A stretch of 64,000 nucleotides of DNA from Botryllus schlosseri (GCA_051294905.1 CM119371.1:5706001-5770000), one strand, 5' to 3'; shown: positions 37,314 through 50,012, numbered from the stretch's first letter. Notes: generated by a model from the letters alone, not told the origin. Program-made: numbers and translations.

Positions 37314-37495
37314 GACTACACCAATGTGATTCTGTGACCTCTGATGGCGCCGTGACTTACATCGAACAGCAACGTAACTTCACTAACTACAAATTGGAAC
37401 TGTTACATAAGGACGAATACAATCACAGTTTAGGAGCTTGCCTGTGATACGCAGATTGTATCTTGGAAAGACTCCTGTTCGAAGACTCTACTTGA
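37314..37495 (+). pseudogene. PLK1: PLK1-like terminal exon E11 (polo box 2)
   Basis: CAG|DYTNVIL*PLM(fs)AVTYIEQQRNFTNYKLELL...L*YADCILERLL vs [31 protein letters not shown]...LRYA. Confidence 0.85.
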
Positions 37496-38196
37496 GCAGA
37501 TCATTCGCGATACGCTCGATGCAACTTTGTGTGATTGTGTAATTGGATTTTGCAATACGTTCATACATTTACGAATGAGATCACCAAGCTTTACAACGGA
37601 TTGTCTTATCATCAGGGCTGTAACCAAGCCACAAGGTTACCGGTCAGAAGTCCGTCTCACTTTTATAGTTTTAACTCGAAAACTAAGTACACTCATTGTC
37701 CACTCACCACCGAGTCAAATCCGATTCCAAGTCATACTGTGTGTCACTATGGTATGTTTGGTGACTAGTCTGGATTACTGCTCAGTCTCGAGTTCAGGTC
37801 ATTTTGTTACAACCCTGCTCGGGTGAAACAAATCCCTCGGCATCATTATATACTCAATTGTCTCACTCTTATCTAATGATGGTCAATAATGAACGTGTTT
37901 TGAGGCTTACATGATTGGTCCAAATTAGTCGGCGGTGCTATTTGAGTGGAGGTTATGTCGTACATTTCTACTGAATTTAGCGGTAAGGCTAGCGATTTTC
38001 AAGATGTCAAAACTAGTTGCCTGATATATGAGCAATTGAGCATGCGACACAATCGAAAACGACAGCTCAGAATGTGACTTTGTAACCCTAAAATCAACCC
38101 TATCACGAAACAACCCTGAAATTAACCCCGATATATACCCCAAACCTATAATTCAACGCACATGCTCAAGTGTCTGTCGCATACTCATATGTCCAC

Positions 38197-39185
38197 TAGG
38201 GTGGAATGAAAATGACTTTTTTTTCAAATCGAAAAACGGGCTTCCTCAATCCTGACAAATGACCTAAAACTTCAATAAAAAGTGACTTCATGTTATTACC
38301 CCCATTTTCCAGCCGGCAACCCCCTAATTTCTGCGCGTATGAGGGGGGGGGGTAAAATGGCCCATCTCGGCAACCGCTGGTCGTGGAGTCATGATATATA
38401 GCTCAAAATCTGCGGAAGCATCATGTTTCTATCTGTCTCAGGAAGAAAGTTTTCTCTATCGTGAACACAAAATGAGTTATAGCCAAAAAACAATATATAC
38501 ACACATTTTGTTGAAATTCAGCATTTATTCTGACGAATTGTGATCCGTCATCAGTTATTTGAAAAGAAAAGTAACACACTGACAATACCGAATATTGGGC
38601 CCATAATACAAATATATTCACAACACAGTCCGTTTACAATCGGTTCAAAACATCAAAATGAAACACTCACATTTACCGACTTATTGAAAATGCATTTTTG
38701 TGTCAAATTTTTTCATCAGTTTACGAGACTTAATTTTTGGCGAATGAGGCCATCTCGTCTTTCAAATCCCGAAACTTGTGCTGATGCTTCTGTTACGAGC
38801 TTTACAGGTCATTCCACTGTTTGATTGAGGCATGGATGAAACATAATCAGAGGCTTCTCGAGGCATTCTTCCAACTCTTTATCAGTTAAGTGCCCAATCG
38901 CTGAAGGACGTTGTTCATAAGGTTCAATATCAACCAACTCGTGGTATGCCTTTGTTTCCAAGTTCAACTTTGGGACACACAATAAACGAATAGGACCGCA
39001 GTTCAATTGATTGGAACTGCTATGACATAAGTACCATAAGTGAATTTTGTTCATCATCGCAATTCAAAACTTTCCATTGGAATTGAGCCAAAGTTCGTGT
39101 GCAGCGTTTTTTTTTTAACCAACCTAACAATTTTATCAAGTAGCTAGTGAAATCTGACGAAAAACTTGTTTTTTGAACAGCCCTA
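38197..39185 (-). mobile_element. hATm-like transposon remnant with transposase C-terminus
   Basis: TAGGG termini; 38690-38990 minus reads VPKLNL...HPCLNQTVE*PVKLVTEASAQVSGFERRDGLIRQK, resembling the hATm PCHxQAVERxVKLVTEAS motif; no TSD seen. Confidence 0.7.
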
Positions 39186-40607
39186 TTGGATATTCATATG
39201 ACGCTTGAGGTTAGCCGTCCCGGTCAATGCTTTCCCACATACATAACAATATTGCTTTTTGTTACAAGCATGCATATCCATATGACGCATGAGGTGGCCC
39301 TTCTGAGTAAATGTTTTCCCACATATATCACATTTATGTCTCTTGATTCCAGCATGCATATCCATATGACACTTGAGGTATTCCTTCTGAGTGAATGCTT
39401 TCCCACATATATCACATTCGTGATTTTTCACGCCCGCATGGATATCCATATGATTGTTGAGGGTACCCTTGCGCACAAATGAATTCCCACATATATCACA
39501 TTTATGATTTTTGTTACCGGCATGTATTTTCGTATGACGCTTGAGGTTGTCTTTCTGAGTGAATGCTTCTCCACATATATCACATTTGTGATTTTTTACG
39601 CCAGCATGGATATCCATATGTTTGTTTAGGCTATACTTGCGCACAAATGAATTCCCACATATATCACACTTATGATTTTTTATACCAGCATGCACTTTCA
39701 TATGGTGCGTGAGATCTCCCTTCTGAGTGAATGCTCTCCCACAAACATCACATTTATGATTTTTCATACCAACATGCATATCCATATGGAGTGAGAGCTG
39801 GCGATTCTGAGTGAATGCTTTACCACATATATCGCATTTGTGATTTTTCACCCCCGCATGGATATCCATATGTTTGTTGAGGCTACTCTTGTGCACAAAT
39901 GAATTTTCACATATATCACATTTATGATTTTTGTTACCGACATGTAATTTTATATGGTGCGTGAGTTCTTCCTTCCGAGTGAATGCTCTCCCACAAACAT
40001 CACATTTGTGATTTTTTTTACCGGCATGCATATCCATGTGAACCGAGAGGTGGCCCTTCCGAATGAATGATTTCCCACATATATCACATTTATGATTTTT
40101 GACGCCAGCATGCACATCCATATGACGTTCAAGGATTCCTTTTGAAGAGAATGCTTTTCCACATATATCACATTGGTGCTTTTTAGCGCCAATATGTACA
40201 TCCATATGAGACTTGAGCTGACTCTTCCAAGTGAATGCTTTCCCACAAACATCACATTTGTGATTTTTGGTACCGGCATGCATATCCATGTGAACTGAGA
40301 GGTGGCCCTTCCGAATGAATGATTTCCCACATATATCACATTTATGATTTCTGACGCCAGCATGCGTATTCATATGACATCCAAGGATTCCCTTGGCAGA
40401 GAATGCTTTTCCACATATATCACATTGGTGCTTTTTAGCGCCAATATGTATATCCATATGAGACTTGAGCTGACTCTTCCAAGTGAATGATTTACCACAT
40501 ATATCACAGTCACGATTAATGATGCCAGCATGCGCACAAATATTAAGCTTGCGGTTAACTTTTTGAGAAAGTGGTTTCTTGGCTATATCGCACAGACGAT
40601 CTTTCAT
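39183..40607 (-). CDS. Tandem C2H2 zinc-finger protein (15 complete fingers plus a 16th lacking the last His)
   Basis: 474-aa ORF at an 84-bp period, AG(V/I/N)KNH linkers; paralog of 6307-7428. Confidence 0.9.
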   Translation of the reverse strand: MKDRLCDIAKKPLSQKVNRKLNICAHAGIINRDCDICGKSFTWKSQLKSHMDIHIGAKKHQCDICGKAFSAKGILGCHMNTHAGVRNHKCDICGKSFIRKGHLSVHMDMHAGTKNHKCDVCGKAFTWKSQLKSHMDVHIGAKKHQCDICGKAFSSKGILERHMDVHAGVKNHKCDICGKSFIRKGHLSVHMDMHAGKKNHKCDVCGRAFTRKEELTHHIKLHVGNKNHKCDICENSFVHKSSLNKHMDIHAGVKNHKCDICGKAFTQNRQLSLHMDMHVGMKNHKCDVCGRAFTQKGDLTHHMKVHAGIKNHKCDICGNSFVRKYSLNKHMDIHAGVKNHKCDICGEAFTQKDNLKRHTKIHAGNKNHKCDICGNSFVRKGTLNNHMDIHAGVKNHECDICGKAFTQKEYLKCHMDMHAGIKRHKCDICGKTFTQKGHLMRHMDMHACNKKQYCYVCGKALTGTANLKRHMNIQ

Positions 40608-41689
40608 CTTTATGTGGAAGTGATCACTACAGGTTTACAGAATCTTCAATTTATTCCACCACCTGCTTTGTATTATAGTGTGTAACAAATCTAAACAATT
40701 TGCATCATTAGAACGTAAACAGTGCATTTGCAATACTGGTATATCCAAATTGAGTCTTTAGTTTTGGTTCTAGATGCACATTAACAAATTGATAGGTTGC
40801 AGCATGGGCGCCAAGTTACGGCGCGGCGCAGTCCCCCCATGACACATTTATGGGGTGGTGGCCACCCCATACAAAATGCTTAAACACCCGCCTTCTGCGA
40901 TTTTAATTTTTTGTATATTTCTCTTGTGTGGCCCGGTCTGATCTGAAAGTATTGACCAATTTTGACCACCTGAGAAAGATGATCATGAAACTGTATTCTG
41001 TTCGGGGCTACATACATTTGCGAGTAGACATTTGCGACCACGCAGATTAACAAGACAAGGCTGCGTTTTAGTGTAACTGATGTTCATGTGTAAGCCTAGT
41101 CTTTACCAAGGGTTACAACTTTTTACAGCCGACATGCAGCCAGAGGCCAAAGAACTTTGGTCGACCACAGATGTCTGATTGATTTCAACAGCTATTCAAG
41201 AGCATTAGCTTAATATATTATATTCATAATAATATATTCATTCAATACTGCTTTTGATCTCCATGTTTTAAACTTACAGTTTGAAGAGCTTCTTGGAGGT
41301 ACACAACTTCAGTATACAATTGAATAGTATATTCATATTAAAATGAAACCCGAATATTTTCGGCTGACAATCGTCACGAGTAATCGTCAGCAACTAGTAG
41401 AGAATAAGAAAGAACATTATATATCAACAATCGTGTCACAAAATATGACGTCACCAGCATGAAACTTTGAATGAGACAGCGTTCGGTGCACTATTACCAG
41501 GTGTCCTTCTGTTGACAGAGTTTCGGTTGGTGTATTTTAATAAAAGTAGACTCCAAGGCACACAAATGGAAGTGTGAACGGCCCCTCCCAATGACGCGAA
41601 ATTTGTCGTCTCTATAATTATTCGCACAAATCGGATTATCCTAAAGATGTTTTCCGATTGCAGAATTAATTGCCTTCGATCGGTCAGCA

Positions 41690-42100
41690 TCAAGCTTGAG
41701 TGGATGAGTTAAAGGGTGAGCTTTTCAACGAGCGTGATGCACGTGTTCTGATAAATCTAGGGACATGCTGGTTTGTGCGTTCCTGCAGACGCTCTGACGA
41801 TCTTCCCACATAGCCACAATCACAGTGGCACATATATTCGTACACTACATTACTTTGTTGAAGTGGAGGAAGCACGTCTTTGCGTGTTGAAGGGAGCAGT
41901 TGCGTAGTCGTAAAAATCATATTGGTTTTGACTGTGTCGTAACACTTACTGACCGCAGAAATCAATTGTATTTTGAAGCGGGTAGAAATGGGACCAATCC
42001 GAGGAAGATGCATATAAAGATCCTTTATTGTTCGTTCGGTGGGCACTGTTGATTTTTCTGCGTTGAATTGCGTTAATTTCCCCTCTATTTCTCATTCGAT
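41690..42100 (-). mobile_element. Penelope-like retroelement fragment (GIY-YIG endonuclease)
   Basis: ...RKDVLPPLQQSNVVYEYMCHCDCGYVGRSSERLQERTNQHVP: VVY-CxC-YVG-R-H pattern of Penelope endonucleases. Confidence 0.75.
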
Positions 42101-42105
42101 TAAAC

Positions 42106-42532
42106 TAGGCTAACCATATTTTGGAAATCAAAAAAGGGGACACTTTTTCAGAAATTTGCAACTTGCAAAACCGGAGTAAAATTCTGAAAAACCGGTTAAA
42201 TTTTCCCACTTTGTGAAGGTCCTTCTGCTCAGAGCTCAAAATAACGTTTGTTACTCCACATTGCCAGGTGGATGACTAAAAAAAAAAAAAAAAAAGGTAA
42301 TCTTTTCGCTCAGACCTAAAATCACCGTTTTTCACTCCGAAATGCCCGCCGGAGCTTCACTTCTGTGCTAATATACGGCGTATCACTCGCAATTTGCTCT
42401 AAATCTGCCTAAATTTTCCAAAAAGAGGAAAAAATCTCAAAAAAGAGGACAAAAGGGCGTCCTCCGAGGACACTTTCAAAAAAGTCAAAAAAGAGGACAA
42501 ATCCTCTTAAAAGAGGACGTATGGTAAGCCTA
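42106..42532. mobile_element. hAT (Blackjack-like) MITE
   Basis: TAGGCTAACCATA / TATGGTAAGCCTA; ATTAAAC duplicated in the flanks. Confidence 0.85.
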
Positions 42533-42542
42533 ATTAAACACG

Positions 42543-42710
42543 CTTCACCCGGCCTTGCACCGCGTAAGAGGTGTCTTACAAGAAGCCTAGAAGTGGGCCG
42601 TGCTATAGATCGGCAGTTACGGATTAAAAATGAAGAATATCGGCCTGGTGTAAATGACCATAATAGTCGACAAAACACCATGAATACCACAAAACAACAA
42701 CAAAAACACA
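42543..42710 (+). mobile_element. SINE 3' part (family of 50082-50362)
   Basis: Shares GAATATCGGCCTGGTGTAAATGACCATA..AGTCGACAAA and an (AAC)n tail. Confidence 0.7.
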
Positions 42711-44461
42711 ATTCCAAATTCTCACGGGACAAGTAATTTTTCTCTATGAGTCTCATTTGAGACGTGCGACTAAAGCTGCGGGAGCTGGACGGCACCTGGA
42801 CAGCGGACATATCAATGTCGAAGGTTTTGGCCAGCATGCGGTAGTTATTGTATTTCGATGTTATATCGCCGCAAATCATTTTGGCCATGCTCACAGCGCA
42901 CGGAGTCGCATGTTGCCAAAACAATTGTCTCCTAGGGTGAAAATGCCCAGCTCCAAAATGCTGGTTCATTTAAAATATTCACGATCCCACAGGCTGCACA
43001 GTGCGCACTCCTAGACTAAAGCATCTAAACGGTTTCAGACGATATTAGGTGTCCGTATATATATTTTGTGGATTTTCCAAAATCAAGATATTGGGTCACG
43101 GTAAATCGCGCGGAGTGCGGAAAAATGTTCAGGGTAACTATAATCTGCCCCAAAAGGACTATGCATTATGATGATTTATAAATTAATTTTTGCTTTTTTC
43201 ATTTGAAAACTCATGTGAAATGTTATGCAACAAAACATGGTTATGATACGTCGTTTTCGTCAAATCATTTGGCGCGCCATGAAAAATCCTTTCGCGTGCC
43301 ATGGGCTTGCCGACCCCTGCCCCAGGTGCTTAGCCAGGGAGTTTCTCATTTAAAACTAGAAATCACGTCCTTTTGAAATCTCAATTAACTAATTCATATT
43401 ATCGATGCTGCGTACTGCAAATTTGCGAAAATCATTTGTATGCGAAATGGGTCATTGATATCTGATGCGCGCTATCGACCGCTAGTTTGACTTAGCGCAT
43501 CCGCGTGCAGGCTTGCAAGCTATAATCGCTGGCATAAACTCTCACGTACGTACACCAGGCTAGACCTGATATCGTTACCAGTGAGTCTACATCAGGACTG
43601 GCGCATATGATAACATCGCTGGCCTAAACTATAGAGACTGCTACAGGCCTCGCATGATTTGCTTGCAACCTCTACTTATGCGATCGTTATGTCATACTGG
43701 CAATTGGCCACGAACAGACTGGAACGGACGTAATTGATTAGCGCTAATACCAAAACATCAGAAGCTGTGTGTTAAGGCCGTGTTATCAAAAGTTGCGACA
43801 TGTCTGATTCACCTGAAATTGGCATCATTACAGAACAGATTACATAGCCGACTTCAATCATATTTATTTGCGAAATAGCTCGTCTTCACCGTCACCGAGG
43901 TTGCGTATTCAATTGTTCGCGCGCGTCTTAATGGTGGTAAGTGAATACCTGATATTGAAGCGAGATCGAGGAATCGCTACTGAACCGCCGGACTCGCTGG
44001 CAAGCTTACGCGTACTTATACGCTGAATTCATTAACACGATGAATCTTGTCCTATCCATCTATTATGGGCATTTACGCATGTACTTAACCGTAATAAATT
44101 GATGCTAATTTGTTAGGTTTTAAACAATTTCAAACCCCTCCCCTTTTTCATCTGGCCACCCCATGTAAAAATTTAGGTCGGCGCCTATGGGTGTCAGAAC
44201 AACTATGGAAAAACTGTAGTCAATTTGCATGAATCGTGATACTGGTGTTCTGTTGTACGATGTTTTGCAGCCAGTTACGAGACACCACTTTTAACAGTGG
44301 CGTATCCAGGGGTTGGTTGAGGGTTCAAAACTCCTCCCACTCCTATTCTTTTGAAAGTCATTTTGATTGTGATATAGTAAAAATTAGTTAGTTGCTCCAG
44401 AACTGAATCTAGTTGGTGGTTAGTTAATTGCGGATTTTTGAAGTTTGTTAGTTGAAGTTTT

Positions 44462-44602
44462 CAGACATGGGGTAATCGCGATTAGTAATCGTAATCGATT
44501 ACAACGATTACAGCATTTTCAAGTAATCGTAATCGCGATCGATTACATTCGAAAAAATGCGACGTAATCGTAATCGACTACTTCCCATATCTAATCGATT
44601 TA
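44462..44602. repeat. MITE end with GTAATCG/CGATTAC subterminal array
   Basis: CAGACATGGGGTAATCG followed by many TAATCG/CGATTA units. Confidence 0.6.
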
Positions 44603-44882
44603 TTCATGAAAGAATATTACTTTTTATTGGTACAAGGACTATACGACATAAACCAGTGGCTCCCTACCTGTGGTTTTTTCGACCGAAGGGAGTTATTAGT
44701 TCAAGTAGGTTTGATTTTGAGTTTTTTGAAGCCGTCGTCCTGGTGGCAAGATTGTCGTTGTGGGTAGGGGAAATCCCACCAATGACGGCTTACGGGGAAG
44801 AGATCTAGTCATGCAGCATTGGGTTTCTTACCTAACCTAACCGTTTTAGTATATTTGACTATAGGTAACTAATCTACGAATA

Positions 44883-45232
44883 GCTGCGCAACACGTGATT
44901 AATTTAATAGCATGCAAGCGGCTGGTTGTCGGCCAGATTGACTGTTAAAAATGCAGTTATGTTTGGTTCGGACATCACGCAGGGCATTGAGAACAGGTTA
45001 TTTAGTGGTACAGTACGTCTAGCTATTGGCGCGGGCCATTGACTGGATCCTTAGCCGAAGTCAATATTGAAACTAATTGATAACAATAATTGAATGAATA
45101 TCATGAATTCTTTCGCTCATCAATTATCCTACTGATATCCTCTGAAAGCCGTACCACAACTGCATTTTCAACAGTCAATCTGGCCGACAAACCAGCCGCT
45201 TGCATGGTATGAATCAACCACGAATCAGCAGC
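44883..45232. mobile_element. Foldback MITE with long inverted repeats
   Basis: CATGCAAGCGGCTGGTTGTCGGCCAGATTGACTGTTAAAAATGCAGTT (from 44911) has its reverse complement ending at 45206. Confidence 0.75.
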
Positions 45233-48200
45233 GCATCGCATCACTCAATCGTGAATCACGAGATGCGCATCTATCCGCAAGTTAGTTACCGTATGTATAA
45301 TTTGACCACAAAAAATTCGAATGTATCCACTACAGAATTCATATAATGCGCCCGAAAATGGGCAGTTTATTCTCTGTTTCGCTGCCCTCGGCAGCTCAAC
45401 ACGGTGGGGATATTTTTGAACGTTTTCGCGGCGCACGTAACTTATGTAAGTGGTACGCGAGCACTGCATAAAACGTCGAAATGGTACGAGGGTGGAAAAA
45501 GGTTGGGGACCACTGACATAAACTGAACATTCGTGAACAAGGAATAGGTATTATACCAGGTTAGTGATAGCACAAACGTATGATTTTCAAGCGTCACTGC
45601 TCATTATTACGTCAAAAGTATTAGCTTTGCCCGTCATTGCTTAAGAAGTATCCACACATAGTAAATAGATATTCGATGCAGCCTACATGAGACGGACTTT
45701 CAGCATTCCCGTGGCCACTTACTGGCCACGGATTTTTTTGTGGCCGGCCATGAAAAGTGCTATTCCATGGCCGGCCACAGCGAATTTTATGGCCGGCCAT
45801 GAAATTTCGCTGTGGCCGGCCACGAAACTTCCTTGGCCGGCCACGGAAAACTCGATTTCATGGCCGGCCATGAATGAATTTCATGGCCGGCCACAACGAA
45901 TTTTCATGGCCGGCCGTAATATACCAACTCAATATTGGATATCAGTACTGTCCGGGCCCCAATCGTGGTCAAATGTATGATAAATCATGTTCTATTATGG
46001 GCGTGCAGTCGATAAAACTAGGTGAGAGCGATGGTTTAGCTCAATTTAGAAAGCATTTTCACCCGAAATACCAGAAGAATAGCGATACAATGAAACGATA
46101 GGAAGAAGTCGAAACGACGAGGCAGAGTCTCTAAAATATCAATTAACAACACATAAAATGATGTAAAGAATGCATTAAAAATGGGGATGTCCGCTAAATG
46201 GAATAGGAAATAAAGGTATGGAAAGCTAGAAGCAATGAAGACAGTATCAAAACTGGTAACCGGTAAGTGTTGATTTTTTTTTTGTAAAAATATACCCGAA
46301 TATTCGGCTGACACTCGTCACGGCTAATCGTAAGAACATTTATAGAATTGGAAAGAAGAATGTACACCAAATATTTGACAGAAAATGTCTATAAGTTCCC
46401 AAAAAGCTGTGAAATTCACATGACATTCTATGGCCGGCCACAGAATAGCTTGGAGCTCGCTGTGACCGGTGCTTCCCCCGTTCTGATATTGATTTTCTAT
46501 GAAAGGATGTGCATTGTACATCAGCAATCGATTGCATAGTTCGTTATATATTGTAAATATGCATACCTGCCATTAAATAATATGAGGCGGATTATTTCCA
46601 CCATTTTTCAACCATGTTTATCGTTTAGGATAAGTCTGCAATCAGAAATTATACATATAGGCTATATATTTGTTCATAGGGGCAGTTTGAAATCTTTCGT
46701 GAATTGCCCTGATGAATTTATGAATAGTACAATACTGTACTGGGAATTTTTCTTAATTCACTGCAGATTTTTTCGATTTACGTTTAAGTTGACTCGACTA
46801 TATCTCCTTGAATACATAAGTATGTTGTATGCTGTTCTATCGCGATACTTAATCGGTCAGTATATGCGGTCATTTTACCTGTTTTCTCGTTCTCGGTACT
46901 AAATATCGTAATCAAAGTACCCGAAAGAAACAAATAGGGAACAAAAGAACCAAGAATATGTTGAAAATACTCTTTAAGTTGCAGAAAAGCTGTGAAATCC
47001 ACTTAGCATTCTGTGGCCGGCCACAGAGCAGCTCGCTGTGGCCGGTGCTTCCCCCGATCTGATATCTCTTTCCAACAGTCTAGATAGGATATGTAGTTGC
47101 AAACAATTCCATAGTTTGTTATCTTTCGTATAACTGAATAGCAGTGAATTGGATAATGCCGGGCTGATACAATCCTTCCTTTCTATATCAGGTCTATGAT
47201 AAAAATCCACGATATACGGTTATATACATATTTGATCATCGTACTGCTATACATACGGCGTTCGCTATCCTCAACATCAATGGAGCTTGCTGCACTAATA
47301 TTGTTGGACTATGATAATTGTGTCGATGAATCTATGAATACTTCCATGCTGTAGCAGCACTTGAACTTGACGCACTGCAGATTTGCTGCATATGTGAAAA
47401 AAGTCAGCGATGTAGCCTAACTTACCGCCGGTACTAATGATAAAATGTGGGGCTTTGTTCCCAGAAATTCGATTTTGGTCACGTTTTCGATCCCATTTAA
47501 TTTTATATATATATATGCATCTAGGAGCCGTTCTTCCTGGTTGAAACAAATCATGTAGGAATGAAATGGATGTCTCAGTCACTATCGATGGCGTGCATGC
47601 CAGAGGATATTTGATTACTTGGGTGCAAGGATCGTTTTGTATCGCATGTCGTAGTTAGATCAAGCTGCTAACCGATGTGGTGGTCATAGGACGTAAATGC
47701 GTCTGCTTTATAATCAAATTACTGTTATAATAGGCCTAATAGATCACTCCAGATACTTTGCGTCATCAAATGTAGTACCATCGACCGACGAAAAAATGCC
47801 TATGCCTATATTTCCTATGCCTGCGTGTTGACCAATACTCATGATATATTTGTGGTTAATGCAAGGAACAATGGAATGTTTCCCCAAACAATATACAGGG
47901 AGCAATTTTGATGACACATACAAGTTCGAATCGTTCATTAGGGTTTAGCATCTGAAGGCAGTGCAAATATCGCTGTGTAAAGTACACCTGATGTCTCGTG
48001 CCCCTGGGTGTCTTCTATATGAAAAGCATGCATTCGACACATTGTATTGCACTACTTGTATGTGAATGATTGTAATCATATCATCAATTGCATTCGATTT
48101 CGGGATATTGGTAATAACGGAATAAACGAACTGTTTGAAGAAAAATATGACGGTTTGTTTACGTAGAAAAGGGCGGAGGGGCAGGGAGTCCGACTATCTA

Positions 48201-48260
48201 CGTTTGCATCACTAATGGACTTCGACGATGGAGAAGCGAAGAGACTGCAAGGCTATCGAG

Positions 48261-48460
48261 CAATGCTCCCTCTAAGCTGCGCACGTGCGCAAATGCGCAC
48301 TTGCGCAGTACCGACACGGTCTCTGCGCACAGAAAATCTAAGTTGCGCACGAAAAATCCAAAGTGATGACCTTTTTTAGTCGTTACGCACCGTTGTCCGA
48401 GTCTCTGCGCAGTAAGTTGGTGAGTGTGCGCAGACTCTTCATAAATTATAGGGAACATTG
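48261..48460. mobile_element. 200-bp MITE (family of 6-1525)
   Basis: CAATGCTCCC / GGGAACATTG; perfect TSD CTATCGAG. Confidence 0.9.
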
Positions 48461-48468
48461 CTATCGAG

Positions 48469-48603
48469 TCTACACCACGCTTTTATCTCTCCACACAATC
48501 CCAGTGCGTTGAGCGCCTGGCGTGAAAGCTGTGGACAGTAGTTTTAATGTAAAGTCGTTTGTCTGACCGAGCAATAAGATGTACGCTCTAACATTACTCT
48601 ATC
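48469..48603 (-). mobile_element. Meta-domain-like SINE remnant
   Basis: Minus strand GGTCAGACAAACGACTT...CCACAGCTTTCACGCCAGGCGCTCA..ACTGGGAT resembles 4945-5010. Confidence 0.5.
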
Positions 48604-49176
48604 AACTATCTAGGAAGTTCAAGGAACACATGTTTCACTGTTATAGTTTACAACGCACCGCCCCAGAGAAATTTTTCATAGTCAGAGGGAATTAAATTCA
48701 TTTCTACAGCAAACACAGAAGGTAAACATGTGTAAAACCGTGGTAATTTCGAACCAATCCCCGAACTGTTCAATAAAGTGGTAATGTAACTTGAGTACGT
48801 GCAATATTAGTGGAAGCCGTCTACAAACCTAGCTGCCAGCAAATTCGTAGTGCAAATGAAGAAGATCTACGCGTGTATAGTCAAAGTAGAGGCAAAGGGC
48901 GGATTTTCATCCAACTAGATGAGCCAAAATCACGAACTGGCCATGAACTCGTGGCCGGCCACGATGATTTAGTATGGCTGGCCATGATATTCACTGTGGC
49001 CGGCCACGATACAACGCTTTTTCATGGCCGGCCACGAGATATTCGTGGCCGGCCACGGAAAAATCTGTGGCCAGTAAGTGGCCACGGGAAAGCTGAGACC
49101 CCTACTGGCCTACATTGCAGTGCGATTGTAAGAACAGCCGCCCTGCTGCATATCAGGTTATCAATACGCTCTAGAC

Positions 49177-50012
49177 CAGTGGTTCCCAAACGGTGGGGAA
49201 TTTCGGGATTTCTGGTGGGGAATAGACTCACTTTTGAAAAAATCTTTAGAGTAATATTCTCCTTTAATAAATGTCGTTTTGAAATGCCGACCGAATATTT
49301 CATAGCTTATTTACAATTCAGCGATTCATATTATCAGTGCCTCCAATTAGCGAGAATCACTTGGATAGAGACACGCGTTCTCCAGAAATGTTTTTATTCA
49401 TTTGTACACCATCACTGGTCATGAAACGTAATGATAGAAAAATTCTGATTCGTTGTAATAAGAGCTCATATTGGTTTACGTGTCTTCAAGGGAGATCGTG
49501 GACTCGCTAATTGATAGCACACGTGGATTCCTTACAAATTAAATTACATATTTATTTACTTCAAGTTCTTTTAGTATTGTGCGAAGGTGTAGTTTACGGT
49601 GGCTTATATATATATCGCACACATGAGTTCGTCAACATCAGGAAGTTTATCTGACCCATGTATTATTCGGCATTTACGTATGTAAATTGATGCTACCCCG
49701 CAACATTTGGAAAATTTTTAAACCCCTCCTATTTTTCTGCTGGCTGCGCGCCGGGGTAGATACATATATTTACGGAGGTGCGTTGACGTTTACCAGTTCA
49801 CCGCTGCGTTAATTTTATTGTGTGCTGATCGATTCTGGTGATCTTTACAATCGCCAATAAGCACCACTAGCACCACAAACAAAAGTCTTGCAAAATTTTA
49901 TTGAAGGTAGCACTTCAAAGGGTAGATATGGATACAGAGATTTTAGGTGCGGAATGAAGGCTCGGAATAAATCGGAAGTGGGGAATTAGGATAAAAAGGT
50001 TGGGAACCACTG
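49177..50012. mobile_element. hAT-Charlie-like MITE
   Basis: TIR CAGTGGTTCCCAA; perfect TSD CTCTAGAC (nTCTAGAn, the Charlie-type target preference). Confidence 0.9.

Larger units (their letters stand above)
40803..44189. mobile_element. hAT-like element (TIR CATRGGCGCC) containing nested insertions
   Basis: CATGGGCGCC / GGCGCCTATG, GGCCACCCCAT near both ends; flanks GGTTGCAG/GGTGTCAG (6/8). Confidence 0.65.
45689..49107. mobile_element. 3.4-kb non-autonomous DNA transposon with TGGCCGGCCA arrays
   Basis: About 60-bp imperfect TIRs (CAGCWTTCCCGTGGCCACTTACTGGCCACRGATTTTT); perfect TSD GCCTACAT (45681-45688, 49108-49115). Confidence 0.85.

Noticed and set aside
42409..43014. 186-aa and neighbouring ORFs
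   Set aside because: Span MITE and SINE sequence; no recognisable domain
45741..45916. Palindromic repeats with short variable spacers (CRISPR- or iteron-like)
   Set aside because: Spacers are only 11-17 bp, mirrored at 48.95-49.06 kb and bounded by TIR/TSD, so these are transposon subterminal repeats
48810..49424. 204-aa ORF
   Set aside because: Crosses the junction of two unrelated transposons through GC-rich repeats; spurious
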